Part shown: positions 47,322-56,267 of the stretch, piece after piece | How positions within the stretch are numbered: the stretch's first letter is position 1 | Layout of the letters: every line of letters begins with the position of its first letter | Assembly (NCBI GenBank): GCA_002719815.1 | Contig: PBET01000024.1 | Coordinates: forward strand, 3,393 to 67,392 | DNA: 64,000 bases | Reading direction: 5' to 3' | From: Methanobacteriota archaeon | Lineage (GTDB): Archaea > Thermoplasmatota > Poseidoniia > Poseidoniales > Poseidoniaceae | Position numbers and translations under genes: made by a program | Notes under the pieces: generated by a model | Told to the model about the DNA's origin: nothing | Databases searched by the model: none | The model's input: only the letters and a program-made list of their open reading frames with translations

Positions 47322-49454
47322 TTGAAAACAATCGGTACTAAGGGCTTAACCATGCAGCGAATGATCGTCATGGTTCTTGCAACCATGCTTCTTGTTCCAT
47401 TCGCTGGATGTCTCGAACAAGATGGGGCAACAAGTGAGGCTGGAACGTTCTCCCTCAGTGTCGAATGGACAACAATACCGCTGGAATCAAAATCTGGATA
47501 TTATGAAGACGAACAGAGCATTTCATGGGACGTAGCATCCGAATCCATCAGTGATCAGATAGAAGATTCAGGTGGAATTGTTGTTGGCGTATTGATGAGT
47601 CTCGATTATCCAAACGAGGATGAATCTCCAAATCCTGGCTTCTGTACGGGGCTCGAGAATAACGTGCCAGACACTGTTTCTGGCACGGTGAGCAAAAACG
47701 AGTGGACGTTGACAGAGAGTGGTTCGAACCCAGGGTCTCACGTTGTGAATTTGACTTGGCATAATCAATCCCTTTTGGAAATGGAGACAATTTCTGGGAT
47801 GTCGAAGAGTGAGATTCTACAACAAATCGATTTTGGAATTGATGCGCTCGGTTCGTATAGTCTCACCATTCTTGTCGATGCTGAAGCCTACGACGGCGCA
47901 ACATGCTCTCACACAGATAACGGAGAAGATGTCACAAGCTCCATTTCTCTCCTTGTTGTGGATGTGCAGTTGGAGGGAGATGAGGATGCAAGTGTCCTCT
48001 CAGTTGGAGAAGGAGCGATTTCAATACTCCTTTTCTCTCCTTGGTTTATTGGAATGTTCCTCTTAGTTGGTTATCTCTTTTCAAAGAAAGAGCGATACCA
48101 TCTAACTGTTATTCTCGAAGAGGATGAAGCCATCGATGAATCTCGATCTTCGATCGAAGAAGGAAAGACATTGGTCGAAAGTTATCGGGCACGAGTGTTG
48201 ACCCTCTGTGCACTGTACGTCGCACAGGGAATTCCATGGGGATTCATTACCGTGACGTTCGTAACTTATCTGGCCGTTGAAGGCGTAGGAGCGGGCCAGC
48301 TTGCGTTCTTGCTTACACTCGGAACGCTTCCTTGGTCGGTTAAATTCCTCTGGGGGCCAATTATCGACCGTTATCAATTCCCAGAAATGGGCAAGCGAAG
48401 ACCTTGGATTTTGATCGCACAAACTGGAATGATCGTTGTTCTCAGTTCGATGTTGTTGATTCCAAATATGTCGTCGAATGTAACATTGGTTGGCATTATG
48501 TTCCTTGTCTACAACATCTTTACAGCGTTGCAAGACGTTAGTACGGATGCGCTTGCTGTCGATATTCTTGAACCGCACGAATTTGAAAAGGTCAACAGTT
48601 ACATGTTCACCTCAAAGGCTGTTGGGGGAATCATAGGTGGAGCCGGTTTGGGAACCATCATCGGATTTGTAGGCATCAAGGGTGCGATTGTTCTGCAAAT
48701 CCCGATCCTCGTTGCCATCATGCTCGTTCCTTTGTTCATGACCGAAAAGCCTGGAGAGAAGTTGTTTCCATGGAGTGAATCTTCTGAGAAGAAGGTTGAA
48801 CAACAAACGATTGAACAGAAGAATTTCAAAGAAATCTTTGAAAATATCAAGATTGCATTCTCATTCCGTTCAGCGCAACTCGGTATTTTGTTGAGTCTTA
48901 TCATTTCGCTCTCGTACTTCCTAATCCCCATTCTTCCACTTCTCTTTGTCCGCGAATTGGGATGGACTGAAGAACAATTCAATGCCACCAAAGGCGGTGT
49001 TATTCTTATCGTCACAATGCTGGGCTACATGGTTGGTGGCCAACTTGGTAAACAGTTCGGAGGCAAATCCATCATCATTGGTGCAGCATTTTCTACCGCG
49101 CTCATCACCATCGTTTGGGGAATGAATGAATCCTTATGGAGTAATGGAATCTTCATGATGACCGTTTGGAGTCTGCAAACATTTGTTTGGGCGATGGTTT
49201 CAATCAACATCTACTCGCTGATGATGCGAATCACATGGCCTGAAGTTGGTGGAACGCAGTTTACAGGCTACATGGCAATGATGAATCTTTCAGCGATCAT
49301 TGGCTATCAGTTGACTGCACCACTCGCAGCAAGGTTTGACTATTCAACACTGTTTTACATCGCAGCATTGCTCGAAACCGTTGTTGTTCTTGGTGCGATG
49401 TTTATTGATCCCGAAGAGACGAGACGTGCGATGGCAAAACGTAGGTCAGAATGA
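47322..49454 (+). CDS. Fusion protein: N-terminal lipoprotein-type extracytoplasmic domain (~270 aa) plus C-terminal MFS transporter of the AmpG/PAT type
   Basis: Lipobox LVPFAGC; MFS signature GIPWGFITVTF...LPWSVKFLWGPIIDRY (AmpG/PAT-like), ~12 hydrophobic helices; TTG start. Confidence 0.6.
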   Translation: MKTIGTKGLTMQRMIVMVLATMLLVPFAGCLEQDGATSEAGTFSLSVEWTTIPLESKSGYYEDEQSISWDVASESISDQIEDSGGIVVGVLMSLDYPNEDESPNPGFCTGLENNVPDTVSGTVSKNEWTLTESGSNPGSHVVNLTWHNQSLLEMETISGMSKSEILQQIDFGIDALGSYSLTILVDAEAYDGATCSHTDNGEDVTSSISLLVVDVQLEGDEDASVLSVGEGAISILLFSPWFIGMFLLVGYLFSKKERYHLTVILEEDEAIDESRSSIEEGKTLVESYRARVLTLCALYVAQGIPWGFITVTFVTYLAVEGVGAGQLAFLLTLGTLPWSVKFLWGPIIDRYQFPEMGKRRPWILIAQTGMIVVLSSMLLIPNMSSNVTLVGIMFLVYNIFTALQDVSTDALAVDILEPHEFEKVNSYMFTSKAVGGIIGGAGLGTIIGFVGIKGAIVLQIPILVAIMLVPLFMTEKPGEKLFPWSESSEKKVEQQTIEQKNFKEIFENIKIAFSFRSAQLGILLSLIISLSYFLIPILPLLFVRELGWTEEQFNATKGGVILIVTMLGYMVGGQLGKQFGGKSIIIGAAFSTALITIVWGMNESLWSNGIFMMTVWSLQTFVWAMVSINIYSLMMRITWPEVGGTQFTGYMAMMNLSAIIGYQLTAPLAARFDYSTLFYIAALLETVVVLGAMFIDPEETRRAMAKRRSE

Positions 49455-49500
49455 GGGTCTTACTTCTCGAATAATTGAAGGAAACCGAAGTCACTGAAGC

Positions 49501-49776
49501 CTAATTGTCATCCGAATCAAGACATCCATAGACACGGCGTCCAGCGCGATGGTCTTGCCACCATGTGAGTTTGTCTGCAAGATGTCTCGGAATGAAGAAA
49601 CCTACTTTACGTGGCGTTAGACCATGATTTCGCATGGTTCGATCATGAGATAGATTGGCCACAATCGATTGAGCTGAACAGCCCGGATTGGCTGTGACAA
49701 ATCGCATGATTTCTTCTTTCAGTCGTTCAAAGCGTGCTTTTTTCTGGGAACCCTTTCCCAATCTTCGGGGAGACAT
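49501..49776 (-). CDS. Small basic protein, possible wHTH DNA-binding protein
   Basis: 91 aa, K/R-rich, FVTANPGCSAQSIVANL helix-turn-helix-like. Confidence 0.35.
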   Translation of the reverse strand: MSPRRLGKGSQKKARFERLKEEIMRFVTANPGCSAQSIVANLSHDRTMRNHGLTPRKVGFFIPRHLADKLTWWQDHRAGRRVYGCLDSDDN

Positions 49777-49824
49777 AAACGCAAATGTTCACGTTTACAC
49801 TTATCAAACAAATGGGGGTTTTCC

Positions 49825-50232
49825 CTATTCCATTGTAACCGGTTGCGTGGTTTTCCAATTGGCCGTAGCAAGTTTCTTGGCCTTTCCATCAGCGATGATC
49901 GGAGCGATTTTATTGAGTCGGCCATGCATACCGTGAACTTGGAATTTAACTCGCAATTCAGCCGTCATGGATGCTTCGAGCGCCTGCATTTGTTCATCAT
50001 CCAATTCGATGCTTGCCAGTGCTTCTCCAGTCGTAATCGATGAAATTGTGAAGGTTTTATCCTTGCACGAAAGCGATGGTCTGAAGTCCATATCATCAGG
50101 ATGATTCATCCAAACAGAGATATCGAGCGAAAGGGTATCGCGAATGTTGACTCGACTGATTTCGACTGATTCAACCATGCGACTCAATCCTTCCAACCGT
50201 CGGCCATTCAAACCCTTTTCGTCCAATCTCAC
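49825..50232 (-). CDS. Hypothetical cytoplasmic protein (135 aa)
   Basis: 4-bp overlap with the upstream PKD lipoprotein gene suggests co-transcription. Confidence 0.4.
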   Translation of the reverse strand: MRLDEKGLNGRRLEGLSRMVESVEISRVNIRDTLSLDISVWMNHPDDMDFRPSLSCKDKTFTISSITTGEALASIELDDEQMQALEASMTAELRVKFQVHGMHGRLNKIAPIIADGKAKKLATANWKTTQPVTME

Positions 50233-51404
50233 TCGAATGCAATTTCAGTAATGACTGGTTCATGAACAATAATTCGAATTGTTAGAGTCCAATCATTCCC
50301 TGGATCTGGATCTGGCAAAAACTCGACTGCTGGATCAGGATTGGTTTGCAATGCCTGCACAAACAGATTCCATGGATTTTGGCCAAAATCTTGGCCAGGG
50401 CGATTAAGAATCATCTGCAAAACCATGGCTTCTGAATCTGCTTCAATGATTTCATCAAGTCCCCTCGGGTTGAGTTCGTTTGCAGTAATCGTTGCCTTCG
50501 CATTCTCAGATTGTGTAATGTTTCCTCCCTCAGTTTCAGCTTCTTCTCTGAATCCATCACCTGGAACCTTAATCATAAGGGAGAAATTATCGTAGGGTTG
50601 AATGACATCGTTTTCCAACTCGAGGATTGCTTCAAACGAAAGGATACGCCCCTGTTGCCCAGGTAGGATTTCTTGTGTCCACTCTTCGCCTTCTGCAAGG
50701 TAATCTGACCATGAGAGGTCAATCGCCTTCTCTTTCCATTCAATGTTGAATTGGCGTGATGAAACGTTGATTTCAAACACTTCCGTAACGACGCCGCCTT
50801 GTCCATCATCGAGGGTCAGTGAACCAACGTAGAGGCCACTGCTGTTGGTTGGAAGCAACACTTGTGGCTCGGTTGAATCAATATCATTGCGTCCATCACC
50901 ATCACTGTCCGAATCAACACCCCAGTCCAAATCCCATTGATACATGAGGTCGCCAGATTCTGGGTCGACTGAACCAGATGCATCAAGGAGGACAGCATCT
51001 CCCGCTCTTGGATTTTCAGGATATTTCAGGTCAATCGTTGGGGCGCCATTGACGATGACAACAGCAAACGCTTCGTCAACACCTCCTTGATCGTTCTCGA
51101 CTTCAAGGGAAACGGTATAAGCGCCAAAGATGTTGTAGACATGGGATGTAAAGCCAGTGACGGTTTCTGAAGTCTCACCATCACCAAAATCCCAACGATA
51201 GGCGGTGATGATTCCTTCAATTGCATCGGATTCTCTTGCATCAAATGTGACCATTTCTCCTTCTTGAATCAAAAGAGGATAGGCTTCCAATGTTGCTCTT
51301 GGTTGCGTTGTTGAATCGAATGCCCCTAGACAACCTGTAAGTGAGAAGGTGAGCATCACGGTCACGAGAAACAAACCGCGAAAGCGTAATTGTTTCTCTT
51401 GCAT
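50229..51404 (-). CDS. Secreted lipoprotein with tandem PKD domains
   Basis: Signal/lipobox LTGCLG; PKD signatures RWDFGDGETSETVTGFTSHVYNIFGAYTVSLEVENDQGG and YQWDLDWG. Confidence 0.65.
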   Translation of the reverse strand: MQEKQLRFRGLFLVTVMLTFSLTGCLGAFDSTTQPRATLEAYPLLIQEGEMVTFDARESDAIEGIITAYRWDFGDGETSETVTGFTSHVYNIFGAYTVSLEVENDQGGVDEAFAVVIVNGAPTIDLKYPENPRAGDAVLLDASGSVDPESGDLMYQWDLDWGVDSDSDGDGRNDIDSTEPQVLLPTNSSGLYVGSLTLDDGQGGVVTEVFEINVSSRQFNIEWKEKAIDLSWSDYLAEGEEWTQEILPGQQGRILSFEAILELENDVIQPYDNFSLMIKVPGDGFREEAETEGGNITQSENAKATITANELNPRGLDEIIEADSEAMVLQMILNRPGQDFGQNPWNLFVQALQTNPDPAVEFLPDPDPGNDWTLTIRIIVHEPVITEIAFE

Positions 51405-51476
51405 AGGTCCTGCTCAGTCTTGTCCTATATCTAACCATGTTGTTGTTCTGTACACATTTCTTCATTTTCTTGAACA

Positions 51477-51851
51477 TCATTCCTCATCCAAATCAAAGGA
51501 AACTTCAGTCGAAACATCACCGATGATTCCAGCATTCTCAAGGTGATTGCCAAGTTCTTCAATCGAGGTATGCTCAATCACGTTCCTTTCCGAGAAATCT
51601 TCCATTTCGTCATCATCAAGAACGTCATCGACGGACGCATCATGACGGTCATAATCGGGAGCTGGTTGAATCATTGTAGGTTCGAGTTCTTCGTCATCGT
51701 CTGCAAGGATGGATTCGATTGATGAGACATCTTCATCAACATCTCGCTCATACTGTTCCTGTAGAACTGAAAGCATTGGATCTTCCCCTATTTCTTCAGC
51801 GGAATCGAGTTCAGATTTTCTTTTTGAGAAAAAGCGTTTGAAGAAACCCAT
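51477..51851 (-). CDS. Small highly acidic protein with basic amphipathic N-terminus
   Basis: MGFFKRFFSKRK then D/E-rich body. Confidence 0.4.
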   Translation of the reverse strand: MGFFKRFFSKRKSELDSAEEIGEDPMLSVLQEQYERDVDEDVSSIESILADDDEELEPTMIQPAPDYDRHDASVDDVLDDDEMEDFSERNVIEHTSIEELGNHLENAGIIGDVSTEVSFDLDEE

Positions 51852-51942
51852 AGTGAGTTGGTAGAGGGCGCTGACTTTAACCTAAGTGGAAGCAGGAATG
51901 TCAACAGCATGGTTCAAGCGATAGTTCTTCAATCATCCATGA

Positions 51943-52770
51943 TTGGTTGTGAATATGGAACTTCTTGAAGGCGAACGGGTGCTCGCTTTCGACTTGGAAA
52001 CGACCGGTATTAGCACCTCAAGAGACCGTATTGTTCAGTTAGCGCTCATTGGCTCAGATGTTGATGGAGCTGAAATTTCATACGATCGATTGGTCAATCC
52101 ACGTCGACCGATTCCCTACGATTCGCAACGAATTCACGGTATTTCAGATGCAGACGTTCGAGGAGAGCCTGATTTTGCACAAATAGCTGACAAAGTATCA
52201 GAATTGATTGAAGGTTGCGTCCTTATCGGCCACAACGTTCGCCAATTCGACTTACCAATGCTAAGGAATGAATTTCTTCGTATTGGAGCGTTACCTCCAG
52301 AACCGAAGGCAGTACTCGATACGCTCGAGATGGTTCGTCGACTAAAATTACCCCGTCCGCATCGGTTGGGTGCACAATGCAATCGACATGGCATTTCGCT
52401 TGAAAATGCCCACACTGCATCTGCAGACGCTGCTGCATCATTGCTTCTACTTTGGAAATTGGGACTCGATCATCCAAGTTATTTTCGAAAATCACTGAAG
52501 GAAGTCGAACAGTGGTGTGCAACTGGTTCAACTGCAAAAGCCCAATCCGATCTTGGACCACAACTCGATGATTTGGAAGTCGTCGATTCGAACGGGATGG
52601 TACGCCGAGATGGAGAACATATGGTCCTCGCTGTAGGTCGCCATCGTGGACGTCATTTGGAAGAGTTGAATGATCTTGATCCTCGTTACTTGGACTGGTT
52701 GCTTTCACCGAATGGCATTGATGATTCTGAAGCCGTTGAGGCGATTAAGGCATACCTGAATCAGCAATAG
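51943..52770 (+). CDS. DEDDh 3'-5' exonuclease (DnaQ/epsilon-like) with ~100-aa C-terminal extension
   Basis: Exo I VLAFDLETTG, Exo II LIGHNVRQFDLPML, Exo III HTASADAAA. Confidence 0.75.
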   Translation: MVVNMELLEGERVLAFDLETTGISTSRDRIVQLALIGSDVDGAEISYDRLVNPRRPIPYDSQRIHGISDADVRGEPDFAQIADKVSELIEGCVLIGHNVRQFDLPMLRNEFLRIGALPPEPKAVLDTLEMVRRLKLPRPHRLGAQCNRHGISLENAHTASADAAASLLLLWKLGLDHPSYFRKSLKEVEQWCATGSTAKAQSDLGPQLDDLEVVDSNGMVRRDGEHMVLAVGRHRGRHLEELNDLDPRYLDWLLSPNGIDDSEAVEAIKAYLNQQ

Positions 52771-53977
52771 GCGACCATGGCAAAACATCGCACCATGAAC
52801 CTACGCGCCAGACGTCTCGACTCATCATTGCACTGCCGAGGAAAATTGGACCTTGATGCCCAGCATCGAGAAGTTCCTCGAAGACCACTTTCCCTCGTCC
52901 ATCAAAGGTAACGTTACGCATCTGTCCGGTTGGCTCAACGTTACCGCTCTCGGTTGCAGGAATGCATTCCTCTACTGTTGCTATCGATTTCCCTTCATCG
53001 TATTGATGCAAGACAACGACGCCATCTGCGAAGTCACCCTTGTGGAGCGATTTATTTTGATGCCGCCAATTCCACCAGTGCGGACACCATGCTTTCCAAT
53101 CACAAAATCCGCCACAGGAGGCTTGTCCTGGCGTAGGTGGAAGAGGTGTCTCCGAAGGTTGCGTTGCTTTCCATGCTTCATAGGCTGCTTCGAGCACATT
53201 CTCTCCAATCGCATCCCACTTGGAGGATGTATCAGTGTACCATCCTTGAGCTTGCACAGGTGGAGCCTTTTCATTATTGGAAAGAAGAATATCACGATAC
53301 ATTCGCAGTTGTCGGTTGACTTCTGGTTTGAGTTTCCCTTGTGGAGGTTTTCCAGTCTTCAAATCTGCAACCAGCCAACCTTTGAGGTTGCCATCATCGC
53401 CAACGTCTGCAAGGAGAAGATCTAACCGGCCCATCAAATGACCATCTTTTGTCACCAATTCTCCTTCAACTGCAATCACAAGCGATTGTATCTTTTTCCA
53501 CAATGCGATGGTTATTCGTTCATGTGCAAGACCTTGAACACCAACATGATCCAGTAGCATGTTAATGGCACCTTTCTGCTGTTTTTGGGCCTCCTTGTAC
53601 TTCTCTTCCTTCCAGTTTGGATGACGTGGCGTTTCATGGAACAATCGTTTTTCTTCTTCCCAACGATTTCGCAACAATTGATCCGCTTTCTCAAACATCC
53701 AATTCGACTCAGCCGGCTCTCGCTGTGAGAGATCAATTTGCAACAAATCCTCAATTGATGCGTGGACGGCCGTCCCCAAGGAAGCGGCCATACCAGTCTT
53801 TTTTGGCAAACCTTGTCGACTCAGCCAATACATACGTGGGCACGTCTCATAACGATTCCACGCTGAAGGCGACAAACTGTGCTTCCGCTCTTCGACCATG
53901 AACGAGGGCTGGCCTTGAAGAACATGAAACCTACGCTTGAAGCCGAAAGTGTTGAATGCCTCCTTGTTGAGTTTCAC
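52745..53977 (-). CDS. Cas4-like/RecB-family PD-(D/E)XK nuclease with 4-Cys cluster and extra C-terminal domain (not CRISPR-associated here)
   Basis: CPRMYWL, GRLDLLL, VADLKTGK, QLRMY, CGGFCDWKAWC; 26-bp 3' overlap with the convergent exonuclease gene. Confidence 0.65.
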   Translation of the reverse strand: MKLNKEAFNTFGFKRRFHVLQGQPSFMVEERKHSLSPSAWNRYETCPRMYWLSRQGLPKKTGMAASLGTAVHASIEDLLQIDLSQREPAESNWMFEKADQLLRNRWEEEKRLFHETPRHPNWKEEKYKEAQKQQKGAINMLLDHVGVQGLAHERITIALWKKIQSLVIAVEGELVTKDGHLMGRLDLLLADVGDDGNLKGWLVADLKTGKPPQGKLKPEVNRQLRMYRDILLSNNEKAPPVQAQGWYTDTSSKWDAIGENVLEAAYEAWKATQPSETPLPPTPGQASCGGFCDWKAWCPHWWNWRHQNKSLHKGDFADGVVVLHQYDEGKSIATVEECIPATESGNVEPTGQMRNVTFDGRGKVVFEELLDAGHQGPIFLGSAMMSRDVWRVGSWCDVLPWSPIADSGMP

Positions 53978-53979
53978 CT

Positions 53980-54777
53980 ATGGAAGGAACTCTCGTCAAG
54001 ATTCGAGCGGACGTCATCACCGAGGAAGCACTTGTCATCACCTGTTTTCCAAGCGTTGGAATGGTCTCAAGTATCGTAGGGCATTATTTGATTGATAATT
54101 TGGATCTCGAATTTGTTGGTGGCGTTGTCGACCCTCGACTTCCTCCACTGACCCTCGTTACCGATGGCAAACCAATGCCGATTATTCGAGCCTATGCGGG
54201 TAAGCCAGAATGTAGCATTGAGGGATGTGACAAAATTATTCTTCTCATGAGTGAACTCGTTATTCCAAGTCCGCTGGTCCATGATATCGTTTGGGCACTT
54301 TACGATTGGTCAAAAGGTTCCAAAATTCGCATGGGTATTTTGATTGATGCTTTCTCAAAGGAAGGTTTGGGAGGCAATTCAGGTATTGAAGAACCAACCA
54401 TCGAATACGACGATACAGAAGGAATCGATATGGTCGGAATCGGTGCAACCGATAACGTCTGTGAAATGCTCAAAGGATTGGATGTTCCTTTGCTTTCAAG
54501 TGGCGTCATCCGTGGTGTCAACGGCGTATTGTTGAGTGAGGCGCGACGAAGAGCAATCGATGTTCTTAGCGTCATGGTTGAAGCCGATCCTCGTTTCCCT
54601 GATGCGCGTGCTGCGGCTGAATTGGTTAAGAAACTCAACGCCATTCTTCCTACGATACATCTCGATGATCAACCATTGCTTGAAGAAGCGCAACTTCTCG
54701 AGGAGCAATTGAAATCATTGCTTAGCCAAGCCGCACCTTCGGAAGCGCCTTCACCATCATCGATGCTGTACGGTTGA
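53980..54777 (+). CDS. PAC2-family protein, copy 2
   Basis: VITCFPSVGMVSSIVGHYLIDNL parallels copy 1 at 38280-39035. Confidence 0.5.
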   Translation: MEGTLVKIRADVITEEALVITCFPSVGMVSSIVGHYLIDNLDLEFVGGVVDPRLPPLTLVTDGKPMPIIRAYAGKPECSIEGCDKIILLMSELVIPSPLVHDIVWALYDWSKGSKIRMGILIDAFSKEGLGGNSGIEEPTIEYDDTEGIDMVGIGATDNVCEMLKGLDVPLLSSGVIRGVNGVLLSEARRRAIDVLSVMVEADPRFPDARAAAELVKKLNAILPTIHLDDQPLLEEAQLLEEQLKSLLSQAAPSEAPSPSSMLYG

Positions 54778-55308
54778 AGATTGGCGCATCAACAAAGCCG
54801 CGAGAATCAGAGCAATCACAACGATGCTCAACCACGATGGGAGCAGGAGTGTATTCTCCTTCACAAATGGTAAGAATTCTGTCAAAGAGTCTGCCCTCGT
54901 ATAGGTTCCTCCAAGCGAAGCCGTGAGGAGCATGCATGCTGTTGAGAGGGAGCCAAACGCATTGTGAAGGTGATGGGGACGATCATCTTCATGCATCTTC
55001 CAACGCGTATACAAAACGCCGAGAGCGAGCCCCCCGCCCGCCGTTGAGAGAAGCATTTTGTTGGCAAGCAAGGGCGATGTGTGGGCTCCACTGGGCGATG
55101 ATTCGATTCCTGAAAGAATCGCAAATGGAAGTGAGAGGAGTCCAAACAACAACGCAACGTGTGCAGTTGTGTCCATCATTGGCATGAATTTGCTTTCTTT
55201 GTTAAGGAAAAGGAAGACAGAATGCAAGAAGAAACAGAGACCGGCAAGCGCAAAGGATCCAACAACGAGTTCCGTTGTCATAACGTGAAACGTAGCCGAT
55301 TCAATCAT
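54757..55308 (-). CDS. Membrane protein, hypothetical
   Basis: 4-5 hydrophobic helices. Confidence 0.4.
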   Translation of the reverse strand: MIESATFHVMTTELVVGSFALAGLCFFLHSVFLFLNKESKFMPMMDTTAHVALLFGLLSLPFAILSGIESSPSGAHTSPLLANKMLLSTAGGGLALGVLYTRWKMHEDDRPHHLHNAFGSLSTACMLLTASLGGTYTRADSLTEFLPFVKENTLLLPSWLSIVVIALILAALLMRQSSTVQHR

Positions 55309-56267
55309 ATGCTCTCCTCCACATATTCCTTGAATTCATCATGCTTTCTCCTCGATGGTTGAAGCAAGAGAACCAATCCGAAGAAGAATGCAAGATGTGC
55401 AATTGATTGAAGCTGTAATGCCGTTTCGTCCGCTTCCCAACTTGGTTTAACACTCACTAAAGAGAACCAAGGTGTCGTTTGCTGAGGCCCTTCACCTTCA
55501 AGCACAGCCCGCCATTCAATGGTCGATTCTGTCAATGCTTCAGGCAATTCAGCCTTCCAGCACTGATCCTTTTGCGTTGTTTCAAGTTGATAGGTTTGAC
55601 CAGAAGGTTCTCGCCATTCGAGAACAACATTGCTTGCAGCAATTGTTTCAAGACAGATGTTGGTCGATTCACCAACGTCTCTCGAACGTGGTGGTTCGTA
55701 ATCTGGATCAATGCGTTGAAGATTCTCGGGTATTGGTTCAACGGTTATCGAAAAGGCCTGAGATACGCCAAAGAATGGGCTACCTGCATCGGTTCCTGAA
55801 TTATCTCCATGATGTACTGAAACGTAGAGATTTTTTTCACCAATTTCATCCGAACGGAGAATCCATGAGTGGGATAGAACCCCTGAATCGACGGATGAAT
55901 ATTCGATGTAATTGTTTGAACCCCCCATCCCATCGGAGAGTATACTCCAGCCGTCAGTGGTTGGGATGTCTCCATTTGCATTTGTGGATGAAAGAAGGAA
56001 GATGCCAATTTGGTCAATAGCATGCGATGATTGGAGGCCGGAGATTTGGACTGTTATTTCAGCTGGTTGACCAACCCAAACCGTTCCTGACGGTTGAAGG
56101 CTGAGTTGAAGATTGGAGGTTGCATTTTGGTTCGCATCACCATGGCAAGCACCACCGCATTGCATATTTTCCAAACTATTGCCAACACCTCCAGGATTAC
56201 CACTTACGTGAAGCGGAACAAGTAGCGAGAGCACGATAAGTAGAACCAGTTTTCGTTTCATAATCAA
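55305..56267 (-). CDS. Secreted protein with N-terminal Cys/His motif and C-terminal TM anchor
   Basis: Signal peptide; QCGGACHG right after predicted cleavage; C-terminal AHLAFFFGLVLLL + RRK. Confidence 0.5.
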   Translation of the reverse strand: MIMKRKLVLLIVLSLLVPLHVSGNPGGVGNSLENMQCGGACHGDANQNATSNLQLSLQPSGTVWVGQPAEITVQISGLQSSHAIDQIGIFLLSSTNANGDIPTTDGWSILSDGMGGSNNYIEYSSVDSGVLSHSWILRSDEIGEKNLYVSVHHGDNSGTDAGSPFFGVSQAFSITVEPIPENLQRIDPDYEPPRSRDVGESTNICLETIAASNVVLEWREPSGQTYQLETTQKDQCWKAELPEALTESTIEWRAVLEGEGPQQTTPWFSLVSVKPSWEADETALQLQSIAHLAFFFGLVLLLQPSRRKHDEFKEYVEESI

